A stretch of 63,797 nt of DNA, filler included, from Reticulomyxa filosa (Eukaryota; Protista; Foraminifera): the NCBI GenBank assembly GCA_000512085.1. It is 13 parts of 13 records of this genome, joined end to end, with 100 filler letters (N's around TTAATTAATTAA, not from the genome) between each part and the next. Parts side by side here need not be neighbours in the genome. Positions count along the whole stretch, not along the records: positions 5,761 to 20,944 come from ASPP01001175.1; positions 21,045 to 35,110 come from ASPP01001568.1; 11 more parts are not named here. One strand, written 5' to 3'. The position numbers and the translations under genes are program-made. This document shows positions 13,276 to 26,619 of this stretch, piece by piece; within the stretch, counting starts at the first letter, position 1; the number at the start of each line of letters is the position of its first letter. The notes beneath the pieces were generated by a model. It saw only the letters and a program-made list of their open reading frames with translations. It was not told the DNA's origin and searched no databases.

Positions 13276-15010
13276 GGTTTGACATAAATTTACATATGAA
13301 ATAAAAAAGGCAATAGACTTTGTGAAAGGCTTTAATAAAGCTTACTAATGCTTGTTGTGTTGAAATTTTCTTCGCATTGCTAAGACTTTTTTTGCTTAAG
13401 ATGTTTTTGAAAGTGTAAAGTTTTTTTTTTTCAACAAAAAAGGAGCTTTGACGTTGAAATAAAAAGTTGATTTTTTTTTATGCGCAAGTCCTTGGAATTG
13501 GTCAATAAGAATTTGCACTTGGACCAATTCTATTATTGAAATTTGTTCAGTCTCAACAAGTGGTTCGAGTTAATCATATCATCTTTAATTTTTTTTTTAA
13601 AATATAATTTGATGTTGAAATTTTTCGTTTTGTTTTGAACGCGTAAAGTGGAATGATTATTTGCAAAGTTTCGGCGTGTATCGGGACATAACAACAAAAC
13701 TACAAACAAATGTCTGTCTAATTGTTTTCTTTTGAAAAAAAAGAGAGGAAAAGAGTACCAAAAAAACAGAGGCGAGAAAACAACCAAAGTAATACAGGAG
13801 AAAATAGAACCAAATCAAGGACTTCACAACAAGAACAGCTAAAAACAAACATGTTTTTTATTTTGGGTGCATTGGAATAGGAAATAGTGGGATAGTCCAT
13901 TCATTTACTTCCTTATTATGCCCAATGTGTCACAATTCCAAACGATAAAAACATGAACATCACCAATGAGTGGAAAACCCAAAAACTTCAATCAATACAT
14001 ACATAACTTTACTTTTTTGGTGTTGAGGTTTTTTTTCTCGACAAGGAGAACAAAGTGAAACACCAAAAAATGAAAAAAAAGTAAAATAGCACCCAAATAG
14101 CATTTACGTATGAATGCCCCAACATCAGGGGCTTCATACGTTTAGACAACAAATAAAAGTTACTGTTTTTCGGCACTAGTTTTTTCAAACAAAATACCAA
14201 GAAAAAAAACAAGAAAAGTAACAAATAAGGAAACATAAATATATAATGGAGAGAAGGGTGAAAGAAAAGAAAAAACATAAAAAAACCAAAAAATACCATC
14301 ACTACTTCCGAAAAGTGGTAAATTCTTGTTGTATGTTCTTCTTTTCTTTTTTTTTAAATTAAGTTTCACGGAGTGTCTCTTTTGTCCTCCCTTCTTCCCA
14401 TTTATCATAAAATACCGCAGAAAAGCCGTTTTTACAAATCACACTCCAAAAATAAACAAACCATGCGCACAATGTATTCATAGCGGCACAAAAAGAAAAA
14501 GGTACATTAAATGTAAGAAAAAAGATCTTAGAAAATAAAACGCAGCTGTTTGTGTGTGTTTTTTGTAGTTTTTTTCACACAAACAAAAGAGATAAAAAAA
14601 AAGACAAAACAAACACAGATATTAAAAGCGTACGTAAACGCTTGTAAACTCATAAATGAAACTAACCTCTTTTCCCATAAAAAAACATAAATCAATTGGA
14701 AAACACAAAAAATGAACAAATAATCAAATAGCCAAATAAAAAAATAAACCAATTGGAATTGAAAAGATTGTTTTTTTTTATTTAAAAAAATAAAGTAAAG
14801 CATAATCTTACGCACACAAAGAGAAAAAAAAAAAGAAGGGAGAAAAAAAAAAAAAGAAGAGGGAAAAAAAAGTATACGTGCGTATACAAAGTTGTCAATA
14901 TCCTGTTGTTTGTCATCTCCGTCAGTTCAAGAATGGTATTGTCCAAAGTCTCTGGTCCATATCACGATGATCAACAACAGTGACAGCAAATAAGTTGAGC
15001 AAAGTGTTTA

Positions 15011-18000
15011 TCAAAAATATTCGCACCATTTGTAAATTTCTCCTGTCGGATCGTCAAGTAGTTCTTCTTCAATATCTTCCACGTAAAAATGCTCAAAGTT
15101 TCGGGTATCTTTATTGCTTTCAATGCGTGGGATGTAAGGGGCACGTAGTTGCTGCGCTTTCATTCTCGTCCAGTTTATGTTCTTTTTTTTTTTTTTTTTT
15201 TTTCCTCAATCATAACAGATGGTAATATCAATGTATCCTACGGACAAAAAAAAAAAAAAAAAAGACTCAACTTGAAACCAGACGTGTTTTTTGACATCTC
15301 TCGTTCCATGATCACCACTTCCCAATCGTTTGTGAGGTTGTTTTTTCAAAAAAGAAATGATGATATCTTGAGCATTGCTCGAAACCTTTGGACGTTCGGG
15401 GAACTCAACCGGTGAAGTTAGTATTTTTTCGTACATTTTGACTTGGGCATCTTCGCGAAACGGTGGAATGCCGAACAACATTTCATAAATAAATACACCA
15501 AGCGCCCACCAATCCACAGTTGCTTCCTGTCGCAGAGACTGGATCGTTTCTGGTGGAAGATACTCTGCAGTTCCGCACAACGAGCATGAGCTATGTAATG
15601 TTGGATTGAGTGATAAAAAGTGAATAAACGAGCAAATAAATATATACGTATACATATATATGTACAAATATATATGTATACATATATACGTGTACATATA
15701 TCCAAACTCATTTTGTTTCTTTGCAAAACCAAAGTCAACCAATTTGCAATACCCATTCGAAGCCAATAACAAATTCTCTGGTTTCAAGTCTCGGAAAATG
15801 AGTTTTTTGCTGTGGATATGTTCGAAAGCACAGACGACACAACTGGCATAAAAGCGAGCAACGGGCTCTTCGAACTTCCTGTTGAAGCGCAGCAAATAAA
15901 ATAACTCCCCTCCTAAAATGGGCTCCATGAGTAAGTACACATGAAGTTTGTCTTGGTACGTAGCGAACAGGCGGACACAAAAATCGTTGTCGACGCAGGC
16001 CAGAATTTGTCTTTCATTTTGTACGTGGGTTTCCTGGCCAGTATCAATGACCTTGTTTTTGCGAATTTTTTTGAGCGAATAGGTTTTCCCGGTGTTTGGA
16101 TCTTCGATCAAGGACACTGTGCCAAAAGCACCGGCGCCCAAAATTCCAATCGGCTTCAAGTCTTGCAATGGACAATCAATTCGATTGGCAAACTTTTTAT
16201 TGGCATTGTCAATATCGAATTCGCATTCGTTTTTGCACTCGCTGACAATGCTCGACTCCTTGGTCAGAAGACGAAGAGGCTTTTCGCTCTCATCTTTCTT
16301 CAATCGCATACTGGGATCGCTCTTTATGCTTTCCGTATTGTCATCCATGCCATTGGAATTGCCCTCCTGCTTCGGATCCGAGTCCAATTCGGCCATTATT
16401 TGTTTGAATAGTTGTGCTGACAAGGCATAGCACTTGAGGGTTTTCGATGTCACTTTTATTGTCAATTCTTGAGGACGATTGTTCTGAATCTCTTTGTCGC
16501 CAAAGAAGCAGAGCTTGGGATTATCTGCTTCGTATTTCCTCACCGGCACTTCCTTGTATAGTTTTGAATCGTATTTGTGGCCCTCCGCGTGTCCACTCAC
16601 TATTATCTGAAAGAAAACCACATTTTCGCCTTCGATCGCCACTTTATCGCGGTATCGATATTTTAAGCTCCGCAGGTTGTTACAAATAATCGATAATTGA
16701 TCACCGGAACAATTTTCTGTATGGCAACGTATACATACAAAAAAAAAAAAAAAAAAAAAAAAAAATTTATGAGCGCACATGCATTTATATACGTATACAT
16801 ACACGCAAACATATATAATATATATGTATGCTTAATATTCGGATTATGAAACTGAAAGGTAAAATGGATTGCAACATTCTCAATTTCTGTGTTCTCGGCT
16901 TTTTGATTTGCTCATAGATCTCTCCGTCTAATGCCCACACTTGCGACGTCTCCAAGCATTCGACTGTACACGTCGGATCCGATCCGAACAGCAGCACCTT
17001 AGTCCCAAATACGTCTTTGCGCTTGTAATGTTCGCTCTGGCGTTTGCGTGAGGGGCGTTCCATGAGCGATGAAGAAGAGCTTGCTGGATTGACATCGCTC
17101 ACTTCAAACTGACAACGAAGATGACCAGTCTCCACGACAAAGAATGCTAGGTTCATTTCCCCTTTTCGCATTAGCTGCTGTCCTTTGTCCACATTCACAC
17201 AATACATGTGATCCACTACTTGTTCAATCATTTTGCGGTTAAACTGCCTAAAGAGTGTATCTCCAGATAGAATATCGCACAAAAACTGTTGCATCAAGCA
17301 AACACAAAAGCAATGTCTCAAAGAAAAGTATGTTTTTTTTTTGTCACATGTTCATATTTATTTGTATACGTATTATATATATATACATATACATACATAT
17401 ACATACATATATGTATATATGTATACGTGTGTAAATATAAATAACACGACTTACCGTCGTAGTGGTAGGATTTTTATTATAGTTCTTTGTGGAAACGAAT
17501 CGCAAATGATAAGATTGCTTTTTTTTAGGATTTTGTTTTTTGAGCGTTTCTTTTTTACGACGAGATGTCGATGTTCGAGGGGGAGGAGAAGGCGACGGAG
17601 CTGGAGAAGGGGTAGCATCAAGTTCCTCAATAAGCCCCACGGTTTCAGTTTCCGTTTCAGTTCCTGTTCCCGGATCGGTCTCTGTTCCAGTGTTGGGCTC
17701 GTTTTCTGTTCTGGTGTCTGTTTCGGTGCCTGTTTCAATTTCCAGTCCGCTTTTTTTCCCAGCTTTGCCGCCAGTTCGTTGTGCGCTGTCTTTGCTCGTC
17801 GATTTGGGCTTTGTCTCACTTCCCTCGTCTTTTTCTATTTTCTTTTTTTTGGTTTCGTGCTGCGTTTTCTTGCGCTGTTGTGAGTTGGAATGAGACGCTT
17901 GAGAAGGAGAGCGTGAGTTCGAAGTCTTTCTGTCCTTTTTTTCATTTTTCAAAGTCGGAGGTCTTTTCTTTGTCGGACTGGGTGTTCCCGTATGTTTCTG

Positions 18001-18315
18001 TGGCTGTGGTTGTGGTTGTGATTGTTTGTGGTTGTGGCTGCGGCTGCGACTGCGATTGTGACAGCGAATGCACCTGTGGATGCGACCGTGACTCTGGAAT
18101 GATTGGAGATGTTTTGGCTCGCGGGTTACCAGGAATGACTTCTTTCAAATGACCATCGCCTTGTTCTCGGTCCACATTCCGATTGATACGTTTTTCTTGA
18201 CTGTGTGCTCGGCCATTACTCTTGTCCATGGATGCTTTTTCCACACTGTTAAGATAATATTGTCAATGAGTCATGTTGAGAAACATATGAATATATATTT
18301 TATTTTAGGGTTTGG

Positions 18316-18346
<31 letters not shown>

Positions 18347-19027
18347 CAAACAAACAAACTGAATTGTGGTGATAATTCCAGAGGAATGTTCTTTGCGTTC
18401 TGGGCTCCCATCTGCACTATGCACGGTGGTGGAAAAGTCCACGCTGAGATGCATTGAATTGTTGAGGTAAGTGTTTAACAGTATTGGAGAGCGCGGTCTT
18501 GATCTCGATCTCGATTTCGATCGTGACGAAAAATCAGACTCGGAGGACCACGAATGACGTCTTTTGTTGTTTGCTTTCCTGATACGTCTATCACCGGCAT
18601 GTGTCTGTTCCATGTGTGATCCTTCCAAGCCGCCAGAGGCGCAACTGCCTGTGCGATGACGGCCTTTCCGTTCATTGGACTTTGTTTTCTTGTCGAGTTT
18701 GGTTTTCGGAGGAGTTTTGATTTTGTGTTCTGCTGTCTCAGCCCTTGCGTTGGTCTTGGTCTTTGTTTTTGTTTTTGTCTTTTCTCTTTGCCTTGGACTT
18801 GGATTTGAGTTTGAGTTTGAATTTGAATTTGAATTTGAGCTCGATCTTGAGGAGCTTGCATTTTGATTTGCTTTGTCTTTTGTCTTTGGTTTTGCTTTAG
18901 ATTTTGGCTTTGAGTTTGATTTGGATTTGATTTTGGGTTGTACGTTTAACTTTGATTTGAATTTGGACATTGTTTTAGTTTTTCCAATTGTCTCTTCCTC
19001 CTCTTCTTTTTCTTTTCCCTTTCTTTC

Positions 19028-19104
<77 letters not shown>

Positions 19105-19668
19105 TTGCTTTTCTTTTTCTTCTTCGATTTCTTCGCCATCAGTCTCTTCTTCCATTACCTCCTCTTCTGTTCCTTCTTGTTGTGGTTCATTTCCCTCTCG
19201 TTGGTCTTCCTCATTGCGAATGGAGTGCTGATTGAGCAACAGAAACGACTTGGTCCCGTTGGCTGCGTCCGGCTTCAAAAGGTCGACGTCGGAGATGGGT
19301 CTTCCTTCGACTCGCGTCGTGTCCGTCTCTTTTGCATGAGTGTGTGGCCGCGTTCGTAATTGTTTGGCGGGCTTGGACGCTTTCGACTTTTTCGACCTCT
19401 TGGACTGCGACTTACTGGCGCATTTGCTGTGTTGTTTTTTGTCGGACAAATAAAAGGGAGACTTGAGATGCGCGCCATCGTCTTTGGACATGTGTGCCTC
19501 TTGGGTCAGCGTCATCAATTTGTCGTGCCAAATTAAATTTTCATGTGTCAGTGTGCCAGTGGTAACTCTGTTGTTATGGCTATGATGACTGTGATAATGA
19601 CGGCGACGACGACAACAATCACTGTTATTATCATTGTCATTACCATTATCATTATCATTATCATTATC

Positions 19669-19701
<33 letters not shown>

Positions 19702-20944
19702 GTCATTGTTCACATCCGTAACGTCATGGCAATGTGTGGGGTGCACATTACCAAAGGACGATGGCACATTATAATCGTGATAATGTTTGTTGACAGTCCT
19801 GTTGGAATGAGAATGGGCCATGTAATGGCATTCAGATTCGTTTCCTTGGGTGGGCAAAGGTGAAAAGGTGACTTTGTTAGCATTGAGCACGATGACGTTG
19901 GAGCTATTGTTTTGCGTGATGCTGCGAATGGCCTTGGTCTTAATTCCAGTCATTCCATTCATTCCATTCATTCCAGTCTCGACAGCGGGACTGGTGCCGG
20001 CATTGGTAATGAGCCCCGATGCAGTGGAAAACATGCCATTGGCAACTTCGTTGTAGTTCTTGGACAAAGCAAAGGGGAGTTGCGATGGCCGAGTTGATTG
20101 CAGTGACACTTGTTCGGTTTGTTCTTGCGACGAGACTCCAACCCCGGATGTGGACGACGTAGTAGTAGTCACAGCAGTAGGAGTGTTGATCATGACGGGT
20201 GGACGGACCAATATAGGCATGCCGGCGGCAGTGACAACAGGGGCCGATCTATTTTGCGGATTGAAATGGGGCACGTGCACAGAAGACGAGGACGACGACA
20301 GAGGTTCCGTGGCAATGGTCGTGGGGAGCGTGACTGAGTTTGAGTTTGGCATTTGAGCGTGCAAATTGTACGGAGATGTACATTCCCCGCCATTGCGTGC
20401 ATCGGCGGTGCGCGAAAAACTCGACGACGACGGAGGAACCGCAAAGTTGGTACTGTTTGCAAACGAGTTGTTAAGTCCTTGAATTCCTCTCGTTGACGAT
20501 CCAATCGAATGTTGGGCTTGTGGTGTTGTCAATGATGGCGATGATAGTCGTGATGATATCGAAGAGGTCGGTAAATGTGTGGAATGTCCTCCTGCTCCTA
20601 TTCCTGTTCCTGTTCCATCTCCTCGGGTTGAATCGCTCGTGAATGCGTTTGGACTCATCCCAGCCAATGGTGTGGCTGCAATTACTGGCGCCGACGGGGA
20701 CGCGGGCGTCAGGCCGCCACTGTACATTGACGCTCGCATGGGTCTTACCAGTGCGTTCATTTGCAACTCGCTTGTGTCAATTCGACTTAGAACCTCTCGT
20801 CGACTGCTTGTCGTCGTGTTTGTAAACACCGTCATGCTCGTTAGTGCTGTGTTGTGACTTGCCGCTTTGCTCGCCGCGTCGAATTTGTTGTTGAACATTA
20901 TGCTATTGCTATGATCGTGACTGTGACCATGATTGTGGCCATTG
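15011..20944 (-). CDS. cGMP-dependent protein kinase (PKG)-like AGC kinase: very long low-complexity N-terminus, 2 cNMP-binding domains, kinase domain and AGC tail; multi-exon, 5' truncated
   Basis: Motifs LGAGAFGTV, YSLKKIRK, FRDLKPEN, DFGFAKK, LCGTAEYLPPE and DWWALG. The last exon (15011-15181) reads NINW..APYIP..DTRNF..WCEYF*. Introns lie at 15182-15271 and 15591-15707, with apparent 1-nt frameshifts near 17945 and 19022. Confidence 0.85.
19029..19108 (-). repeat. CAA/CAG trinucleotide repeat (poly-Q) in the kinase N-terminus
   Basis: (TGT)n/(GCTGTT)n on the + strand. Confidence 0.9.
19625..19706 (-). repeat. (GATAAT)n hexamer repeat encoding DN repeats
   Basis: ATTATC tandem array on the + strand. 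Confidence 0.85.
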
Positions 20945-21044
20945 NNNNNNNNNNNNNNNNNNNNNNNNNNNNNNNNNNNNNNNNNNNNTTAATTAATTAA
21001 NNNNNNNNNNNNNNNNNNNNNNNNNNNNNNNNNNNNNNNNNNNN

Positions 21045-24000
21045 AATTGCATATTCAATTTGTTTCATTGGATATATTGTTCGTTGTTTTAATATCCATG
21101 TACACATTTTCATCATTTCTACATAGGCTGTTTTATCCAAATTATCATCCTTTTTCTCTTTTCCAATTTTTTTTACAATACATTCAACAGATGTTTGCAA
21201 AGTGATTTCATCAAAGGTGCCTCCTCTAACATCAATCCATGCACCTTGTCCAATGCAATAGCGAGCAATATCCCAATGTTTGTAATTTATTGCCAAAAGC
21301 AATGGAGCGTGTCCATATTCATTGAATGCATCATTAATATCAATGCGGTGATGTTTTAATGCAGACACCAATTGAAACATATTACCTGATTGTGCTGATT
21401 CACATACAATATTATAACGACCCTTGCGTTTGCTTGTGTCGGAAAGATTGTTACAGCAAGGGTGTAGAATCGCATCATCGACATGCCATTTCTGTTTTAT
21501 CGGAAAACCCCATTCAATGGCTTGTTTATTGCAGCATTGTAGCAATGTATTAAAGGCAGCAGAATTGATATTATTGTTATCATTAGAATTAAATTGAATA
21601 CGAGGATTATATGTCCACAAACCAAATGCCAATATTTCCATTTCAACATCATTCAATTGACTTTGGTGTGGATATTTCTTACCAAATTTGTTCTTTTTCG
21701 TTGATATATTCCTTTTCAGTACGTGCATTACAACACGCTGCCACATATTCTCTGACATGCTTGACAATATTCGGATTACTTCATTTCTCTTTTTCAAAAT
21801 TTGTAAACAATATTTCGTCAATAAATACAATTGCTTATCATTCAATTTTATCACAAATGTTTCAAGTGTATTCACATGCGGATAGAGAATATTTCCATTT
21901 TCATTATTGAGATCATACACCAAATATTTAAATACTTTAGTCAGTTGTTTTCTTTTCAATTTCAATGCCAGTATTTTAAGTGTTCTCATGCATGAAGTAC
22001 GAACATAAACATCCTCATCCTTGAGACCATAGAGCAAATATTTAAATGCTTTATTCATTTGTGTTCGATTTAATTCCAATGCTACTCCATAAATTACAAT
22101 GGCACATGAGTACTTATGTTTATCCTTGAGTCCATCAACTAAAACTTTGAAAGCAGTATTAAACTGTTGTCCATTCAACTGCAGCAAGAACTTTTTCAGT
22201 TCTTTGACGCAATATGAACGGATATATCCATCTTCGTCTTTGGGTTCATTGCATAACAGCATAAAGGTATAATTGAATTGTTTTTCCTTGAATTTTGTTA
22301 GAACTGTTTTAAGCGATTGTTTCAATGGTACACGAATGCAAGCATTTTTATTAATTTTGTCTAATTTCATTAAAAGTCTCTCAATGGAATGTGCACAATA
22401 TTTACGAACAAATCTATTTTCCTTTTCGTCATTCAAGCCCTCCATCAAATATTTTAAAGTATTATTCAATTGTATTTGATTTAATTTCATTGATATGCTT
22501 CCAAGAGATTCTGCACATGACATTCGAACTAATATATCTTCATTCTTGTTATTCAATTTCTTTATCATAAGTTGAAAAGCAATATTCAATTGATTTTGAT
22601 TCAATTTTTGTGTGATCTTTCCAAGTGATTCTGCGCATGAATATTGAACACTTTTGTTTTTATCTTTGAAACCACTAATCAAATAGTCAAAGGCATTATT
22701 TATTTGTTTGTCATCCAATTGTAATAAGAGTTTTTGAATTGTCTTTGCACATGAATAACGAACATACTTATTTCTATCTTTCGATACTTTCGTCATTAAA
22801 CATATAAAGACAGTATCTAATTGTACTTTATTCCATCGTATTGGCGCAGCTGCCAAAAAGTTAACGCATACTTTGCGCATACGCTGTTGATTACTGTCTA
22901 TTCCGTTTATCAAATATTGGAAAGCAGAATCCAAATATTCACCCTTCAATTGCATCAAAATGTTTTTAATGTAATCTGTATATCGACAATTAGCCACTCC
23001 ATTTAGTCTATCCAGAAAACATTTAAAAGCGCTGTTCAATTGTCCCTGGCTCCATTTTATTGAAAGTCTTATTAATAATTTTACACACTCTTGATGTAAA
23101 GCTATGTTTTTATCATTCAATCCATCTATCAAACATTCAACAGAATATTTCAATTGTCTTTCATTTAATTTCACCGAAATGTATTCAAATGCTCTTACAA
23201 AAAAATCATTGCTATGTAATTTTTTGCTTAAATGTCTGAGAACAACATTCAAGTTTTCTTCTTTCATTTTCATGAATATTCCTTCAAATGCTTCTGCACG
23301 TAATTTTACTGTTATGGATGAAAGTAACTTTACACATGAGCACATGTCGTTTTTACAATTGAGCTCATTCATGAAAATCTGAACAACATCTTTTTCTTGT
23401 CTTTCATTTAATTTTGATGCTACTTCTATAAGTGTTTCTGCAACGCTCGTATGAATGTCTTTTTCAGACAAAGCGGTCGTTAAAAATTTGAAAACACCAT
23501 CCAATTGATCTTCTTTCAATTTCATTAATATTGCTCGATATAAATAGCTATGGCCATGAAATCCACGTCGTAAGGTAAGTTCGAGACATTGTAAAACAAT
23601 GTCTGATGTTTCTGTCGAGATACACAAGTATGATAATAAATACAATCCATCATCTATTACACGTTTCCAACGATTATAATAGGTATGATATCCATTCTGT
23701 GGTTGCAATATCCTGCTTTTAAATTGTATGAGTTGCTCGATAATACATGAGTGAATATCTGGGTGAACAAGAACATACTGCAAAGTGGGTAAATGCATTG
23801 TCATCACATTATTTAATGGCCTAATCAACATTGGTCCAGAATTGTGGATATAATCTATGTCTTTGTCAAAAGTGATCCAAGCAATGAGCCATGATTTGAA
23901 TGAATGAATGATTGTTCTATGGCAATCTCGGAGTTGTGATGAAAGAAATGGGCTTTCTGCATCTGCTTTGCAAGCATCCAAACAACGAATATATAACATC

Positions 24001-25721
24001 GTTTGATGAATAGGAGTGAGTTGAGGTGGTGAAAAATGTAACAACTTCCAAAAATACAATAAACCAGATCCTGATGAATCTTTTCCATTTTCAATATTGT
24101 CATATAATATTCCAGCCATAAATGGTATCATCATTGCATATTTTGGAGTGATTTGTTCATTAATTAAAATAGAACATACTTCTTGATGCTCTTTTGTTTC
24201 ATTTGATTGATATAAACAATTCACTAAATAATAAGCAGAAAACCATTCTTGAAATGTCAAATGAGGAAAATATACAGAGTCAATTGGATAAAGTGGATTC
24301 ATTGATTCTTGTCCTTGTAAAAATCCAAATGAATGAATTCGAGACCATTGAGACATTACTGATATATGCTCACGTGGATATTTATTATTAATAATATATA
24401 ATACCTTTTGTTGTATTTCACAAGATATGATTGCTTGTCCATATTTCAATCCTTCCCATGCAATACGTGACAAATAATCTATTTCCATTTCGAATATACT
24501 GAACATATTTTGTTCATTTGGTTTATCTTTTGTTCCATTGAATTTTATCCAATTCCATTTCATATAGCATTCTAACAATTTTTTATATAGCTTTGATATG
24601 GATATATTATTTAATTCATCTAACTCTGATTTATTTCGGACATCTTTTTCCTCTTTTTTTTCTTGTTCTTTGATCGTTTGTTGTCTTGCAAAAAAACAAA
24701 GCAATCGCAAATACAATGGAGTGTGACTTAATAATTTCAAATTTGGATTATTGTTCAGTTTTTTTATCAATATTTCTGTTTGACAATGATTATCATTGTA
24801 ATCATTTGAAACATTTTGAAAATAAGCATAAACATATTTTCGAATATCCTGTGATTGAAATCCAATGACATTAAACAATCTTGGTTTTCTCAAATATGAA
24901 CACATTGCATTAGGACGACTTGTGATAATTATACTATAATTTATATTCCCAGTACAATACTGTAACCATTGTTGCATTCCAGGTTTCTGGTTTAATTCAT
25001 TTGCAATTTCATCAAATCCATCCAATATTAATAATCCATTCTTTGAATACACAATATTCGTATTATTTTGATTCCATTGTGGAATATTCAATTCTGCCAC
25101 TATTTTTGACCATTGATCTTTTATATTATTAGTATTGTTATTCTTTTTATTATCAAAAATATGAGAAATTTTCCGAAATGGTATGTGCAACAACCATTGA
25201 AATCGATTATTCCACATTTGATCATTTGCCCATAAATATGCAATTCTTTGTGTCAATACACTTTTTCCACATCCTGCTTCTCCACGAATACTAATATGTC
25301 GTACTTCTAACTCACCTTCTTTTGTATTCCAAATATCTTGAACTTCCAATTCGCCTTCTTTTATATTCCAATTGTCTTGTTCTTCAATTGTTTCTTGCTC
25401 ATCATCGTAGATAAATGGATAATCTAATGTATTTGTACATTTCCCTTGTCTTTCTTCATTGTTTCTCATTTTTTTTGTAATTTGTTCTTTTCTTTCTAGA
25501 AACCGTTTTTGATTCAAGAGAGCCAATCGGATATAGCAAGCATTAATAGATTGTTCGTGATCATCAAATAAAGGTACGAGCTTATCTTGAGATTTATAAT
25601 ATTCTTTCAGTTTGGCTTTTGTTGCTTCAAATGTTGCGCTATCGCTTCTTGCAATCCTCTTTTGGAATCTCTCCAAATCTTTTTCAACAAGAAATTTTGT
25701 CACACACCGATTCTTATCCAT
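21045..25721 (-). CDS. NACHT (STAND) NTPase with HEAT/ARM-like repeats and C-terminal ankyrin repeats (NLR-like); 3' end cut by the contig end
   Basis: Uninterrupted ORF of >1550 aa. Walker A GEAGCGKS, Walker B LLILDGFDE, IITSRP, TPLYL and FPHLTFQEWFSAYYL. HEAT-like repeats of ~39 aa (D....VR.SCAESLG.I) and ankyrin motif GHAPLLLAINYKHWDIARYCIGQGAWID. Confidence 0.9.
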
Positions 25722-26099
25722 TTTTCTCAAGCTGATATGCGATTTTATTGAGCTCTTTAAAATGGAATGCCCTTTTTTTTACAACGAGTTTCACGTTTTT
25801 ATAAAATGTGGATTGTTAGACTTATCTTTTTGTGGAATTTTTGCAAGTTACTTTGCATAAAAATTGATTTGTAATATCCAAACAACGAGAAGCTTTTTAA
25901 ATTTCCAATATTGTCCCGTCATTTCCAATAGTTGTTTTCTTTTTCAAGCAATATTGACCGAAAATTGTTTATTCTGACTAATATCAAAAACAGGATGTTA
26001 TTGGTTTAATTTGAAATTAAAATGTGTCATGAAAAATTTATAAACATTTATCAATTTAATTATGTAAAGATTTGTATTTTCAAAGCAAAACTTATGATT

Positions 26100-26300
26100 A
26101 CCATTTGAAATATCCGTATATTTCAAATAATTATAATATCTTTCAACTTTTGTATCTTCTTTACCAGGTTTAGTCCCACAATCAAATTATATTACCACTT
26201 GAACATGATACAATTGTTCGACCGTCTGTAAAATATTTTATATCATTCACATAGCTTGAATGTTCTTTCAATGTTTGATAGTGTAAATTCTTGCAAAGTT
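26100..26300 (-). pseudogene. WD40 remnant
   Basis: QTLKEHSSYVNDIKYFTDGRTIVSCSSGNII*LWD. Confidence 0.6.
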
Positions 26301-26619
26301 TTGTATTTGGTTTAAAAGTAAAGAAGTTTTTACAACTCATGTTTATTACTGACTCGCCCAACAACACATATCTTTTTTTGATTTTAAAAAAACTGTCTTT
26401 CGTGGCATTTCTCTTTAAACCATATACCCATACCAAATTGTTTTTATTTTTCATTACCTACTTAGTAATTTACTAGTTTTAATTATCTTGTGTTATAAAT
26501 ACAAATAAAGTTAAACAAATGTCCACACTCTGCGCAATAGAATTTTTTTTGAAAGAAAGAGGAACTTTTTGTTTAGTTTAAAAACAAGGTGTAAATTTGA
26601 AATTATTCGTCAAATAAAC

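Noticed and set aside
13533-14880. Several Phe/Lys-rich short ORFs (also 49654-51870)
   Set aside because: These are translations of poly-A/T-rich UTR or intergenic DNA with no domain signal.
18873-19863. Poly-V, poly-L and poly-I 'membrane protein' ORFs on the + strand (likewise 53286-53813 on the - strand)
   Set aside because: They are antisense shadows of poly-Q, DN and poly-N repeats in real genes.
20945-21044. Functional linkage of the PKG-like kinase with the NACHT gene (and other cross-spacer neighbours)
   Set aside because: They are on different contigs joined artificially.
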